64,000 bases of DNA from Octopus sinensis (GCF_006345805.1 NC_043018.1:22196001-22260000); one strand, 5' to 3'. Positions 23,249 through 37,027 are shown, counted from the stretch's first letter. Notes: generated from the sequence alone by a model not told the origin. Numbers and translations: made by a program.

Positions 23249-23741
23249 CTATATATAGAGAGAAAGAGAGCAATTAGTGTGTGTCTTACTGTGCTTGCTA
23301 CCATCATTCGACGCTAGTGTTAATTGTTTAGGTCCATTGTAACTTCGCGATTCGGTTACAAGAAACCAATACAATAGATCTTGACTTAAAATTAAGTACT
23401 GTGGTGGATTTGCATGACAAAATACTCCAAGGTGGTACCTCAATATAACCACCCTCCCAATGAGTAAAACAAGTGTGAATGAATGAATGAATATGTGTGT
23501 GTGTGTGTATGTATTCATTCATATATCTTCCAGCTTTGTTGAATGACTTTCTCACACATCCATGGAGAAGAACAACCGCCATTCGCATCACAACAACAGC
23601 CTCACACGACCGGAATTCCTCCCAATTAGCTGTTACATGCAGTACACACCCCCGACTAACAAGCAAAGCTCCTATTCACAGCGCTTCACATCCTCCCTCC
23701 CACACACACACACACACACACAGACACTATCTAGAACTCAC

Positions 23742-23876
23742 CGACACGTCATCCTGCTTAAAAACACTGCGATATCCTCCCGCGCGGCGGCACACTGTCT
23801 CTTCTGCTGAGACAGTTGATATTAATTTTGACAACAGCAGCTTCTTGTGTGGCATCAAACAAGAGAATAGGAACAT
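23742..23876 (-). CDS. Candidate first coding exon (MFLFSCLMPHKK...GGYRSVFKQDDVS)
   Basis: ATG after in-frame stops, donor gtgagt, phase 0 matches the 22763-22863 exon across an 878-nt intron. Confidence 0.35.
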
Positions 23877-24045
23877 CTTCCCAGATCCTTTTTGCGTGCT
23901 TTTTGGATTAAGATATTACAGCTTCTTTTACTATTCATCGCTTGGCCTTTGACAAACCAGTTTCCCGTTTTTCTTACTTCCATAACCACCTTCCTCCTAA
24001 ACTAGACATATTTTCTTTTTTTATCGTTTGCATCCTTTTCCATCG

Positions 24046-24163
<118 letters not shown>

Positions 24164-24445
24164 ATATATATAATTTTAAAATAGGATGCAGTCTTTATAA
24201 GAATTTATCAAGTAGTTAGCGGGAAAAACCTCGTAAGGGAAAAATTTATTATTCCCTTTAAATATATTTATTTATATTAAGGGCATCATTACTATACATA
24301 AATGCCTCACGCTTGGAGGGACTCTTAAAGTCGAAATATATATATATATATTTATTTATATATAGAAATTCAGGGTGAGTACCTGTTTAGTGGTGTAGGT
24401 GGTGGAGTAAATTAATCAAAATAAAAACATGATGCCAAGGATTCA

Positions 24446-24523
24446 GCGGTACATATGTTTCGGGCCTTTATTAGACGGATTTATAACAATGCATAATGTG
24501 TGTCTATGGCCTTCTTCAGCCGC
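24446..24523 (-). ncRNA. Candidate hammerhead ribozyme, identical inverted copy
   Basis: Exact reverse complement of 24689-24766. Confidence 0.75.
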
Positions 24524-24688
24524 GCACAACTACTACCTCAAGGACATGTATTACATCAAAAATTCTACGTTGGGGGTGCAAATCCTCTCATTCGCGTACG
24601 ACATAATGCGGCAACAGCATAAAAATGAAGCGTCCATCTCGTCCTTCTCTTTTTGATGTAATACATGTCCTTGAGGTAGTAGTTGTGC

Positions 24689-24766
24689 GCGGCTGAAGAA
24701 GGCCATAGACACACATTATGCATTGTTATAAATCCGTCTAATAAAGGCCCGAAACATATGTACCGC
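24689..24766 (+). ncRNA. Candidate minimal type I hammerhead ribozyme
   Basis: Stem I GCGG/CCGC, CUGAAGA, stem II GGCC/GGCC plus UAGAC/GUCUA, GAAA-CAUAUG-UA with palindromic stem III. Confidence 0.75.
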
Positions 24767-24827
24767 TGAATCCTTGGCATCATGTTTTTATTTTGATTAA
24801 TTTATATATATATATATATATATATAT

Positions 24828-25050
24828 AGGCGCAGGAGGGTCTGTGTGGTAAGTAGCTGGCTTACCAACCACATGGTTCTGGGTTCAGTCCCACTGCGTG
24901 GCACCTTGCGCAAGTGTCTTCTACTATAGCCTCGGGCCGACCAAATCCTCTCACGAGGATTTGGTAGAGGATTTGGTAGGCGGAAACTGAAAGAAGCATG
25001 TCGTATATATATGTATATGTTTGTGTGTCTGTTTGTGCCCACACTATCGC
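24828..25050 (+). mobile_element. Family A SINE 5' half
   Basis: aggcgcaggagggtctgtgtggtaag head to central TA tract. Confidence 0.8.
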
Positions 25051-25685
25051 TACCAAAATTTAGCCCTCACCATTGCCAAAATTTCAGGCCTTATCCTCTA
25101 TAATAGAAAGGATTATAACACACACATGTTTTGCCAAATCCCCTCACAAAGCTTTGGTCTCCACGAGTCTCTTGCAGAAGATACTCATCCAACGTTCCAA
25201 TGGAACCGCGACCGTATTCATCTGAATTTCAAACGATTTTTTAAAAAACTCTCTACACAAGTCATGCACAGAGTAACACACATACTCATGATAGACATGT
25301 TGAAGACACAGATGATATTCTTAGAATATTGTTATTCTTATCATTTAATCTAATGAATGATCCACTTATGATCTCACTGCGCCACTACAGTTGGTAAAGT
25401 AGAATGGTTTCTCGTTCAGTTGATATTTGTGAAACAGTTGGAATTGTCTGCAAAGAATCGAGTGTCTTTTATACCCACCCTTATCTGACATGTTCATAAT
25501 TAATCCCAGCTAAATTACACTGAGAATTGCAAGTGGGGTGTCTCCTGTAATCATCTTAGACGGATGCCATTAAAACTGTAATTGACCTGCCGTGTCGTGA
25601 CGATGTAGAACAACCAGCTTGTGTGTGTGTGTGTGAGTGAGAGAGAGAGGTATGATAAATACAAGATGTAGCTTGTATTATATGT

Positions 25686-25879
25686 TCACCTCAACAGACG
25701 TCATTGATTGGTTGAAATTGCCGAAATGCAAGAAATTAAACAACAAATAGCTTACAGACTACAGAATTTTCTCAAGAAAAGATTTTTTTTGTAACACATT
25801 CTACCAGTATACGAAATTTAAAAGTGCTTAGTTACAAAGAAATTATTTTAAAAATCTGCCGGTCAAAGCGAAAAGATCC
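25686..25879 (+). mobile_element. 3' half of the MITE seen at 37028-37456
   Basis: gacgtcattgattggttgaaattgc...cattctaccagtatacg...ctgccggtcaaagcgaaaagatcc. Confidence 0.75.
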
Positions 25880-26228
25880 GGGCTTCTTTCAGTTTTTGTC
25901 TAACAAATCCACTCACAACGCTCTGGTCCGCCCAAGGCTATAGTAGTAGTTATTTGTCCAAGGTACCACACAGTGGGACTGAACCTGGAACCTTGTTGGG
26001 AAGCAAGCTTCTTACCACACAGCCACGCCTGCGCGTATAGTTAAAATATACTGTTTACTGTAGAAGTGTAACCAGTTTATTGCAGATAAACTTTTACAAC
26101 AAAATCTTATCTGGACCCAGAAGGGTGGTTATAAGGGACCCTGGTTGAGTACCACTAGATTTAATCCCTTCAAAGCAATGTTCGAAACATAACCGCAGTT
26201 GAATGACTGAAACAAGCCGAAGAATATA

Positions 26229-26465
26229 TTTCTTTACTGCCCACAAGGGGCTAAACATAGAGGGGACAAACAAGGACAGACAAAGGGATTAAGTCGATTA
26301 CATCGACCCCAGTTGGAAACTGGTACTTTATTTATCGACCCCGTAAGGATGAAAGGCAAAGTCGACCTCGGCGGAATTTGAACTCAGAACGTAACGACAC
26401 GACAGACGAAAATACGGCTACGCATTTCGCCCGGCGTGCTAACGTTTCTGCCAGCTCGCCGCCTT
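26229..26465 (-). mobile_element. Family B SINE, long tail
   Basis: Full-length in reverse complement. Confidence 0.9.
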
Positions 26466-27163
26466 GTACAAGCCGAAGAATAAAAGAATGAAACCGCTTC
26501 TGAAAGATACCCCAGTGTCATGAGAACTAAAAACCAATACCCATATTTCATCTGCCGCTGCACCAATTTGACCGCTATAGGAAGGGGATTGTACCCCACT
26601 GCCCCCAACATTTCTGTGGAAAGAGGATATTTGCGTTGGTGGCCTTATACTCCTCAACAAACAAGTTTCCTTGATCGATGTGGGTTTATTTCTATTTCTT
26701 CAGCGTCCCTCCCTTAATGACGTAGCTGTGAATTCAGGTTCGTTTGTAGTAGACAAAACAGTAAATAACAGATTTAGAACCCCCTTAAGGGACGACCTGA
26801 CTGTAGAAGCAGATGAAAGAAAGAAAAAAGAATTGCGATGAGGGGGCAAGCAGTCATGTAGATCGGCGAAGAAAAAAAAAAGAGAATCGCTAAAAATAAA
26901 AAGGTAAAAAGTATTATAAGAAGTAAATAGATTAATGAGCGTCGTATGAGCGTAGGAGAAAAGGGATGTTTGAAGTGAATGGTAACGGTGTGGAAGTAGA
27001 AGATATGGACTAACAGAATCACGAGCGAAGTGGGTTACTGGCAAATGTAGGTTTGGTATGAGACAAAGAACAGTGAAACAGTTAAGTCTAAATAGGTAAT
27101 CGCTAGCATATGCTTTACATTTAGGAATATTTTGGTGAGGGCGTTAAATACACAGCGTCTATA

Positions 27164-27558
27164 CTCTTTACTCTTTTACTTGTTTCAGTCATTTTGACTG
27201 CGGCCATGCTGGAGCACCGCCTTTAATCGAGCAACTCGACCCCGGGACTTATTCTTTTGTAAGCCCAGTACTTATTCTATCGGTCCCTTTTGCCGAACCG
27301 CTAAGTAACGGGGACATAAACACACCAGCATCGGTTGTCAAGCAATGCTAGGGGAACAAACACAGACACACGCATATATATGTATACATATATACGACGG
27401 GCTTCTTTCAGTTTCCGTCTACCAAATCCACTCATAAGGCTTTGGTCGGCCCGAGGCTATAGTAGAAGACACTTGCCCAAGGTGCCACGCAGTGGGACTG
27501 AACCCAGAACCATGTGGTTGGTAAACAAGCTACTTACCACACAGCCACTCCTGCGCCT
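27164..27558 (-). mobile_element. Family A SINE, near-consensus
   Basis: (ttttactc)n tail to cactcctgcgcct head. Confidence 0.92.
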
Positions 27559-28819
27559 ATGTTTAAAGCCCGAATATATTGAGTTGCGGTGACTGTTTCG
27601 AATAACCTCAATGTTATTGCTAACCTGAAATCGTTTTAAGTGTATGTGTGAAATGTTTATTTTCGGCTATTTTTCAATAAAATGTTAGTTGACATCTAAA
27701 GCTTATAAGAAAATAGATTCACTGAGCTTCCCTGACATCTAAGTTAACTTATTGACGACTGTTAAGTAAAAGGAATATATTTCACGGTAGATGTAATTAA
27801 ATTGACAACGAAAATAGACAGAAAATGAAACAAAATGATTATAAAGAAACGTAGTTTTTTCTTCGCTTAATGTTATTATTGAAAATTTGAATTATTAAGA
27901 AAGAATATTTTATAAAAGTAACATTGGGCTGTAAAAAGATTAAAAATTAAAATGTAAAAGACTTAAGTGAATTTCAAGTAGAATGTGTAAAACCTCTTGA
28001 AAGCGTTATTGAAAAGTAAACGAATTTATAACTAAATTAAAAACTTAATATTTTTTTTTTTCGTTAACATTTAACTAACCACGTGGGAATCAGTATTCTT
28101 ATCCCTGCTCCAAAGTTTTTATTTCTTATTTTTATTTTCATTCTGTTTTTTATGAAAATAAGACGAAGGAACGAATGACCTGGATTTGAAAGGCATTAGA
28201 TAAGATGGTAGAAGCGAAGGAGAGAGAGAGAGAGAGAGGCGTAGTGAGAAAGTCTCGGTTGTAGTAGGAGCGAAAAACCGAAAATAAGACTAGATTCCTG
28301 GCCAACTGTTACTTAGGGAGGGGTAAGAATCGTACTAAAAGGAATTGTATTAAATGTCGGAGAAGAAGAAGAAGAAAAAAAACACAATGGTGGAAGAGAA
28401 AATACACGTATCGTGTGTTCTAGATACAAGATTAGCAGCATCGCAGCATCCTTTAGTCTGTCTCTTACGCACTTTTACTCCGTCTGTCGTTCTGTGTGTG
28501 TGTGTGTGTGTGTGTGTGTTGTGTGTCTGTGTCGGGCTGTCTGCCCCATACCGCCCCGTCTTAATAATACTCTGGCAGTCAAAACCTCGATGCAACATAC
28601 GAACATATGTTGGGACATGGAGTGTTCTAAAAATACATGTTCTGACATTGCTGGTACAAGGTCGCAACTATTGTGAAAGCAATTAAATCGACCCTAGTTA
28701 ATAACTGGTATTTATTTTTAGAGATGGAATGCAAGTAACTATATATATATATATATTGCACGGTTTCAAATAAAGCTGCCAGCCATCACTCACTCACACA
28801 CAATATATACATGCATATC

Positions 28820-30290
28820 TTTTGCTTCACTCAGACTGCGGCCAAGCTGGGGCATCGCCTTGAAGAATCGACTCCAATACTTAATTTTATTCTAAGCCTG
28901 GTGCATATTATATCGCTCCGTTTTGCTGATCCGCTAAGTTACGGGGACGTAAACACACCTATACCGGTTGTCAAGTTATGGTGGTGGGCAAACATTGACA
29001 CAGAACGCGCCCGTGCATACACACACATATATATATATTTATAAACGACAAGCTTCTTTCAGTTTCCATCTACCAAATCCACTCACAAGGCTTTGGTCGG
29101 CCCGAGGCTATAGTAGAAGACACTTGCCCAAGGTGCCATGCAGTGGGACTGAACCCGGAACCATGTGGTTGGTAAGCAAGCTACTTTACCATGCAGCTAC
29201 TCCTATATATATTTATATCAATAATCATTCCCAATATTTTCCCAGCTCAGTACTCCTGAAAGGGTCATGAGGTACAGTCCTCGGGCACCTTCACATACGT
29301 ATGCGTGATCGTGGTTTTCTTTGTTTTGGCCTAGGTTTTCATTAAAGTCTGCAGAACCTAAGATGTGCGTGTGGTCAATAGGAATGCAAAAACCTTATCT
29401 AAAGATAGCGCACAGCCAGTCCTGTTTGGCCAAATATACATATCAAAGGATCGAAAAGAAGGCGACTGATAACAATTTCTAATCTTGCTTACGCAATACG
29501 CCCACCAAAGCCTTGTGAGTGGATTTGGTAGGCGGAAACTGTGTGTGTGTCTGTGTTTGTTCCCCCCCACCCTCGCTTGATGACCGATGTTGGTATGTTA
29601 ACGTCCCCGTAACTTAGCGGTTTGGCATAAGTGACCGATAGAATAAATACCAGGCTTACAAAGAATAAGTCTTGTGGGTCGATTTGTTTGACTAAAAAGG
29701 CGGTGCTCCAGCATGGCCGCAGTCAAATGACTGAAACAAAAAATAAAAGAATATATATGTGTTTGTGTGTGTGTCGATACATATATACGTATGTATACAT
29801 ATATACATACATATATCATCCTGGCGGATAGCGTATTATCTCAGAAACTGATATAAACGCCGTCTATCCACATCGGTCCAATTACATCTTACTCAAGCTT
29901 AAAAGAGATATTGGCACTGGGAAGCTTCACTAATTGGGTAGTACCGTGTTCCTATCCGGAACTGCAAATATTCCGTAGAGTATATAATAGATAACGAAGA
30001 GAAGAGTGGAGGTTTATTCACTTCCCAAAACTGTTTTATTAAGAAGTTTTCTACAGGATTTACAACTCTGACCTACATATGTTTCGACTGCAGGTCAGTG
30101 TTATTTATATGTGCTGAAGAAAACAACCGCTGGTGGTGTGTTTACGTCCCCGTAACTTAGCGGTTCGGCAAAAGACACCGATAGAATAAGTACTAGGCTT
30201 ACAAAGAATAAGTTCTGGGGTCGATTTGCTCGACTAAAAGGCGGTGCTCCAGCATGGCCGCAGTCAAATGAATGAAGCAAGTAAAAGAGT
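28820..30290. mobile_element. Cluster of family A SINE pieces (28820-29200 minus, 29500-29750 plus, 30125-30290 plus)
   Basis: Head and tail motifs of family A. Confidence 0.8.
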
Positions 30291-31020
30291 ATATATATAT
30301 ATATATATATATATATGTAAAAAAATACAAACTGGGACAAGAATGCAAAACATTTAGAAGACGATACAAAAACACGGACGGGACATTCGAAGCATTCAAT
30401 CCTCAGTCAAGAACCGGATCATCCTCGCAATTTCGGCTGATTATATATATATATAACATGCTTATCTTTTATATGCCTCAGTCATTGGGTTGCGGCGATG
30501 CTAGGGTACACCTTGAAGTGTTTTGGTCGAACAAATCGATCCGGGTAGTTATTTCTTAAATTCTGGTGCCTATTCTACCGGTTTATAGCAAAAGGAAGTT
30601 GACACGCAATGGGAATGAACTCAGAACCATGTTGAGAAGACAACCCGCTACGCACACACATATATAGACACACACACACATATACACACTTTCTTTCTTT
30701 CTTTCTTTCTCACATAAAGCGCACACACACACAAATCTGCTGGTTCACCAGAAGCGATAAATTATAAGACTCAATACATGAATGTAGAGCATTCTTACAT
30801 ACATTATATCTGAAAGGTTACAATTTCCGGTAACCTGAGTCGCATATTTCCGATCTGATTATCTGTCAATGATGGAAAACGAGGAACTCAAAAGCATTGG
30901 AAACTGGAGCACTGACTCGAAACATAAAAGACTTTTCTATTCTTCCCCAGCGTTAAATTAATACACATGCTTGCTGTTCCTACACCTGTCTTCATCTTTC
31001 GTAATTATATATATATATAT

Positions 31021-31230
31021 ATAGTTAATCCAAACATGAAAACACAAAGAGAAAACACAATAACGCGAGGACGTGGAACAAATATAGTATTATTGGACGC
31101 TCAGGAAGGAAGGGAAGAAGGAGGGTTTAACGTTTCGAGCGGAGCTCTTCGTCGGAAACATAGGAGAAGGAAAGATCCAGAGAAGGGAAGACAGAGGGAA
31201 AAAATCGCCAACGGTACACACGCGGTCATA
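31021..31230 (-). mobile_element. Penelope-like fragment, CCGACGA family
   Basis: Reverse complement matches 43931-44133; abuts (TA)n; partial third copy at 23170-23217. Confidence 0.7.
31125..31159 (-). ncRNA. Candidate ultra-minimal hammerhead with variant core
   Basis: GUUU CCGACGA A GAGC-UCC-GCUC GAAACG UU AAAC. Confidence 0.55.
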
Positions 31231-31697
31231 TAAATATATATAGTTGAAAAAGAGCTAGCAGTCCGTACAAATCAAAAATTATGGTTTTAGATTTTTAACT
31301 ACATATATATATATTTGAACTTGCTTGGGTCATTGGGTTTCGGCCACGCTGGAGTACCGCTTTGAAGGAATGATTTTAATGGAACGAATCGATCCCGGTA
31401 CTTCTTTTCTTTTTTTTTTTTCAAAGCTCGATACTTATTCTATCAGCCGCTTCTTGCCGATCCGCTAAAGTTACGGGGACGTAAACACACCAACGACAAC
31501 ACCAGTTGTTATGCGGTTGTTGGAGACACACACAGAGACACACAGGTGGACTTCTTTCAGTTTCCGTCTACCAAATCCCATCACAAAACTTTGATCGACT
31601 CGATGCTATAATAGATTATATTTGTGCGGAACTTTTGTGATCGTCATGATTGGGGAAACAAACTTACTTATGACTGCCACGCCCGTGCCTGTATGTG

Positions 31698-31734
<37 letters not shown>

Positions 31735-31875
31735 TGTGTGTGGGTGTTTTGTTTGGGTTCTATTTGTTGCCAACGTCGTTCACAACTCACGGATCTATAG
31801 CTCAATTAGTGCTGATTTAATATGCTGTATAATCTCACCTATCGATTATTTCATTGAACACTTAATTTCCTTTAC

Positions 31876-32034
31876 GTCAGACCATTTTTCATATTTTTCC
31901 AACCCAACTTCGTTGCTTCGAACTTGTCTATTTTGATTGATTTCAATGCCTTTGATCTCTTCTGCTGAAGTGTATAGACCCTCGCATCCCTCGACATCAT
32001 TCTGCTGACACTTTTTACTTAAGAGTTCGATAAT
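31876..32034 (-). CDS. Candidate 159-nt phase 0-0 exon (IIELLSKKCQQNDVEGCEGLY...EKYEKWSD)
   Basis: Acceptor ctccttgcctgttag, donor gtaaag, one frame open from the acceptor; no homology recognised. Confidence 0.3.
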
Positions 32035-32326
32035 CTAACAGGCAAGGAGATGTTTTATTCTTTGGATATCGATTTTGATTCTCTAATTATTTATCTGTTC
32101 TGGCAATTTCCTCCGTCATACAGAATAAATTATACAGCCGTACCCGCGTCTACAACACACTACACACGCACACTGTAGGTGCAGGCATGGCCGTGTGTTT
32201 AACAAGCTTGCTTTGCCACGACGTGATTTCGAGTTCGGTCCGATTGTATGACAACGTGGTCCAATCAGTGCTTTGTAAGTGTGTGCACATGAGATGGAAT
32301 CTCACGACGGAAATGACTTATGAGTA

Positions 32327-32722
32327 CTCTTTTACTTGTTTCAGTCAGTTGACTGCGGCCATGCCAGAGCACCGCCTTTAATCGAGCAACTCGACCCCGG
32401 ACTTATTCTTGTAAGCCCAGTACTTATTCTATCGGTTTCTTTTGCCGAACCGCTAAGTGACGGGGATATAAACACACCAGCATCGGTTGTCAAGCAATGC
32501 TAGGGGGACAAAAAAAACAAAACATAACACATATACTACATATACATACATACATATATACGAGGCTTCTTTCAGTTTCCGTCTACCAAATCCACTCACA
32601 AGGCTTTGGTCGGCCCGAGGCTATAGAAGAAGACACTTGTCCAAGGTGCCACGCAGTGGGACTGAACCCGGAACCATGTGGTTGGTAAACAAGCTACTTA
32701 CCACACAGCCACTCTTGCGCCT
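32327..32722 (-). mobile_element. Family A SINE
   Basis: Complete in reverse complement. Confidence 0.9.
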
Positions 32723-33023
32723 AGTGTTCAGTTTTTTTTTTTTGTGTGTTTTGTTAAACGACCAGCTCAACTGATTCGTTTATAGTGAGCAAATGTATGT
32801 GTCGTACATCAGCTGACTCCCTCCATCAAATCGATATCGCGTGAGCAGATGCACGGGGTGCAACTCGGGTCATGTGTCGAAATGATTGCAGAGTAACGTG
32901 AGATCAGGTGTTTTGTTCGAGAACACAACGCGCCACCCGGTCTAGGAATTGAAACCACAATCTTGCGATCGTGATTGCATCACCCTAACCACTAGGCCAC
33001 GCAGCCTCCCTCTCTCACTCTCT

Positions 33024-33060
<37 letters not shown>

Positions 33061-33061
33061 C

Positions 33062-33096
<35 letters not shown>

Positions 33097-33108
33097 GATA
33101 GATAGATA

Positions 33109-33517
33109 GGCGCAGGAGAGGGTGTGTGGTAAGTAGCTTGCTAACCAACCACATGGTTCCGGGTTCAGTCCCTCTGAGTGGCATCTTGGGCATGTGTCTT
33201 CTGCTATAGCCCCGGGCCGACCAATGCCTTGTGAGTGGATTTGGTAGACGGAAACTGAAAGAAGCCTGTCGTATATATGTATATATATATATATAATATA
33301 TAGTATGTGTGTGTCTGTGTTTGTCCCCCTAGCATTGCTTGACAACCGATGCTGGTGTGTTTACGTCCCCGTCACTTTGCAGTTCGGCAAAAAGAGACCG
33401 ATAGAATAAGTACTGGGCTTACAAAGAATAAGTCCCGGGGTCGAGTTGCTCGATTAAAGGAGGTGCTCCAGCATGGCCGCAGTCAAATGACTGAAACAAG
33501 TAAAAGAGTAAAAGAGA
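33109..33517 (+). mobile_element. Family A SINE
   Basis: Complete, (aagagtaa)n tail. Confidence 0.9.
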
Positions 33518-34179
33518 ATACTAATTCTTCGTTTATCTTCAATACTGCAAAAATAAAAGTAAGACACGAACCGTAAGCTCGGGTTGGGTTACAGATTCTA
33601 ATTTCAGCATCTATTAAAATATCATTCTATGCATTATTGATCCTACGCTATTTGAACCTGAAAAGTGTTTTTGTCTCAACGCATCGACAACACCCATGAA
33701 AACTTAATCACCTCTTACTATCTAGAGCCTTGCTAAAAGCCCTTCAGAATCTCTTTATTGTCTATTTATAAACAGAGCATGATGTAATCATTTCGTCATG
33801 TTCCCTTCTTGCTATAGTAATTCCTAGACGGGTACAGATTGTGGATCATATTTACGCAGCATGTGAATATTCTTTCGCCCAGGGTACGTCATCAGACGCA
33901 CTCGTACACATGCTGATTGCCTGACCGACTGCCTGTCGCTGGTGCTCCCCAATTGAAATGGCGGGAAAATCTTTTGTTACGAAAACATATATCGTTTTAC
34001 ATCGTCTTAGTATTTCATAGTTTTCTCAGTCAGCAGCGATTCAACTATTAACATTGGATAAAATTTAGAACAAGAAGTATTTAGTTTTACGCGCTTGCAT
34101 TACTCATGTTTGCTTTCAAAACAAATGAAACAAAGGCCTTTCTTTTCCTTGATGCCAGTTAGAAATAACGTAATAATAA

Positions 34180-34770
34180 TAATAATCTTTCTGAAATAGG
34201 CACAAGGCCTGAAATTTGGAGGAGGGGGTAAATCAATTGCATCGAAACTTTTTTTTTATCCCGAAAGGATGAAAGACAAAATCGACCTCGACGGAATTTG
34301 AACTCAGAACGTAAAAACGGACGAAATACCAATTTCTTTATTACCCACAAGGGGCTAAACTCAGAGAGGACAAACAAGGACAGACAAATGGATTAAGTCG
34401 ATTATATCGACCCCAGTGCGTAACTGATACTTATTTAATCGACCCCAAAAGGATGAAAGGCAAAGTCGACCTCGGCGGAATTTAAACTCAGAACGTAGCG
34501 ACGGGCCAAATGCCACTAAGCATTTCACCCGGCGTGCTAACGATTCTGCCAGCTCGCTGACTTAATAATAATAATAATGGTTTCAAATTTTTCCACAAGG
34601 GCAGCAATCTTGAGGGAGGAGATGAGTCGATTACATCGACCTCAGTATTCAACTGGTATTTATTTCATCGACCCTGAAAGGATGAAGATAAATTCGTCAT
34701 CAGCGGAATTTGAACTCAGGACGAAATACCTCTAAGCATTTCGCCCGGCGCGCTAACGATTATCAATAAT
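34180..34770 (-). mobile_element. Nested/tandem family B SINEs
   Basis: Short-tail unit joined at gaaatacc (34330) to a long-tail copy, then a further short-tail copy. Confidence 0.85.
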
Positions 34771-35269
34771 AAGAATGGTTTACAAATATTGGCACTAGGC
34801 CAGCAAGTACGGGGGATGGAGTAAGTAATCAATGAATATTTATTTTATCGACCCTGAAAGGATGAAAGGCATAAAACAAATACCAGGCAAAGAAATATGA
34901 AAGGCAAATTCGACTACGATGAAATCCGAAGAAACACCGCTGAACATTCTGTTTGCCGGTGTGCTAACGATTGTGCTAGTCGAAAGCCAGTTAATGGTGG
35001 TGGGGAGTCTGGGTGATGTTTTTCGTATTTTTTTCCTTTTTTTTTTTTTTGTTTTAAATTACAACAGCTATCTTGTTTACTCGTGTATACTACGAGAGAA
35101 ATTTAATACGAAACCCCAAGGTCAAAACTAGTAGGGAAAGCCATTATGGCGGAATGTAAAAGAAACGAGGATGAAGAGCATTAAAAATGTTTATAGGGAG
35201 AGGAAAATGTGGGATTGGATTGCATCGCAGTAAATATGGTTTATAGAAGAGAGAGAGAGATAGACAGAT

Positions 35270-35430
<161 letters not shown>

Positions 35431-35440
35431 GATATATAGA

Positions 35441-35669
35441 TACTCTTTACTCTTTTATTTGTTTCAGTCATTTGACTGCAGCCATGCTGGAGCATCGCCT
35501 TTAGTCGAACAAATCTACCCTCAGGACTTATTCTTTGTGAGCGTAGTACTTATTCTATCGGTTTCTTTTGCCGAACTGCTAAGTTACGGGGACGTAACGC
35601 GCCAGCATCGGTTGGCAAGCGATGAGAAGGGTGACAAACACAGACATACAGATCATTACATACATACAT

Positions 35670-35731
<62 letters not shown>

Positions 35732-36316
35732 TTTCGTCCTTGCCAGCAAAAGGCTTCTTCGTTCGTCCCCTTGTGTGGTTGATTTCCTGTATAGTATTCC
35801 TGTTATTTTCTCGTTTTGTAACTAATTGTACTTTTTGTACATGTATTTTTATTTTTGCAGTTTTATTGTTTGTCTATGCCAGAAAAAAGGCTTTTTCGTT
35901 CGTCCTCTTGTGTTTGTTTTTGTACATGTATTTTAATTTTGCAATCTTATTGTTACGTCTTGTTTGTGTTCGTACTCATTTTGCCCCGCTGCTTGAAATT
36001 TTATTTTAATTCTCTCGCAGGAAGGCCTATTGGATTAGTGTTCTGTTATGCCTTCGAAACATGCCTGACTCCTCTAGCGACAGCTAATGACGGGGGTTTT
36101 GTCCTTGTGTAGCTCGTCCTGTATTTGTTTTTCGTTTTCTTGTTTTTCGTTTTCCGTTTTCTTGTTTTTTGTTTTTTGGCTTTTTCCGTTTCTACGTCTT
36201 ATTGTGATGTCCTGTACTCCCGTATAATTATTTATATATGCATGTATATATACATGTAGATGTAGGTACGTACATATATGTTTGTATGTATGCATATATT
36301 TTTATTTATCTCCTAT

Positions 36317-36350
<34 letters not shown>

Positions 36351-36490
36351 CGATGAGCTTCTTTCAGTTTCCGTCTACCAAATCCACTCAGAAGGCTTTG
36401 GTTGGCCCGTGGCTATAGTAGAAGACACTTGACCAAAGTGCCATGCAGTGGGACTGAACCCGGAACCATGTGGTTGGTAAGCAAGCTTAT
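35441..36490 (-). mobile_element. Family A SINE split at its TA tract by about 500 bp of Penelope-like sequence (35730-36230)
   Basis: Tail 35441-35650, head 36350-36490; insert shares gccttcgaaaca...gtgtcctgtactc with 59211-59380 and 62750-62910. Confidence 0.7.
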
Positions 36491-37027
36491 ACATAGACAT
36501 AGATAGAGAGGTGGGAGACGGATAGACAGACAGACAGACAGACAGATAAGAAGACAGAAAAATAGACAGACAAATTTGAAACCGTTGAAATCTAGTTTGT
36601 ACTATAGTTCCTAGGTGCGTATAAACTATGCACATCTGTGTGGTTACTTGTGTGTGTGCGCGCGTGTGTTTATCTCTGTTTGTGTTTATCTGTGTGCGTG
36701 TGGGCGCGTTAGTTTGTTAAATTCTGTTTGTGTCACATGACACTCCAAGGTCGTAAACCTATTCCAGTGTTCTCTCACACGCTTTGCTTTGTCTGCCCGA
36801 AGCTTCAGTGATTCCCTCCGTAATCATCACGTGGCTGACGGAGATATGGCGGCAAACTGCTGTCGATGTTGCTCATGATATCACCGCCGCCGTTGTTGTT
36901 TTTTTTAGCCCCAGGTCAACCCCAACCCAGTAGACCATTTGATGTTTTTTAAAACCATATTATATTTTTATAGTTAAACATTAAGAACTGTATAACAAAA
37001 ATGTTAAAATATTTTGTGTACCTTAGA

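Larger units (their letters stand above)
24365..24804. mobile_element. Penelope-like fragment with perfect 155-bp inverted repeat (24408-24562 / 24650-24804)
   Basis: Arms are exact reverse complements, 87-nt spacer, (TA)n on both sides, hammerhead motif in each arm. Confidence 0.8.

Noticed and set aside
30317-30445. TA-flanked fragment with CUGAGGA...CGAAUGUC on the minus strand
   Set aside because: GAAA is broken and there is no stem I; may be a decayed Penelope-like piece but not supportable as a ribozyme.
33870-33900. Minus-strand CUGAUGA...GAAA spacing suggestive of a hammerhead (also 44633, 57496, 26697, 47360)
   Set aside because: Stems I, II or III cannot form; chance motif matches.
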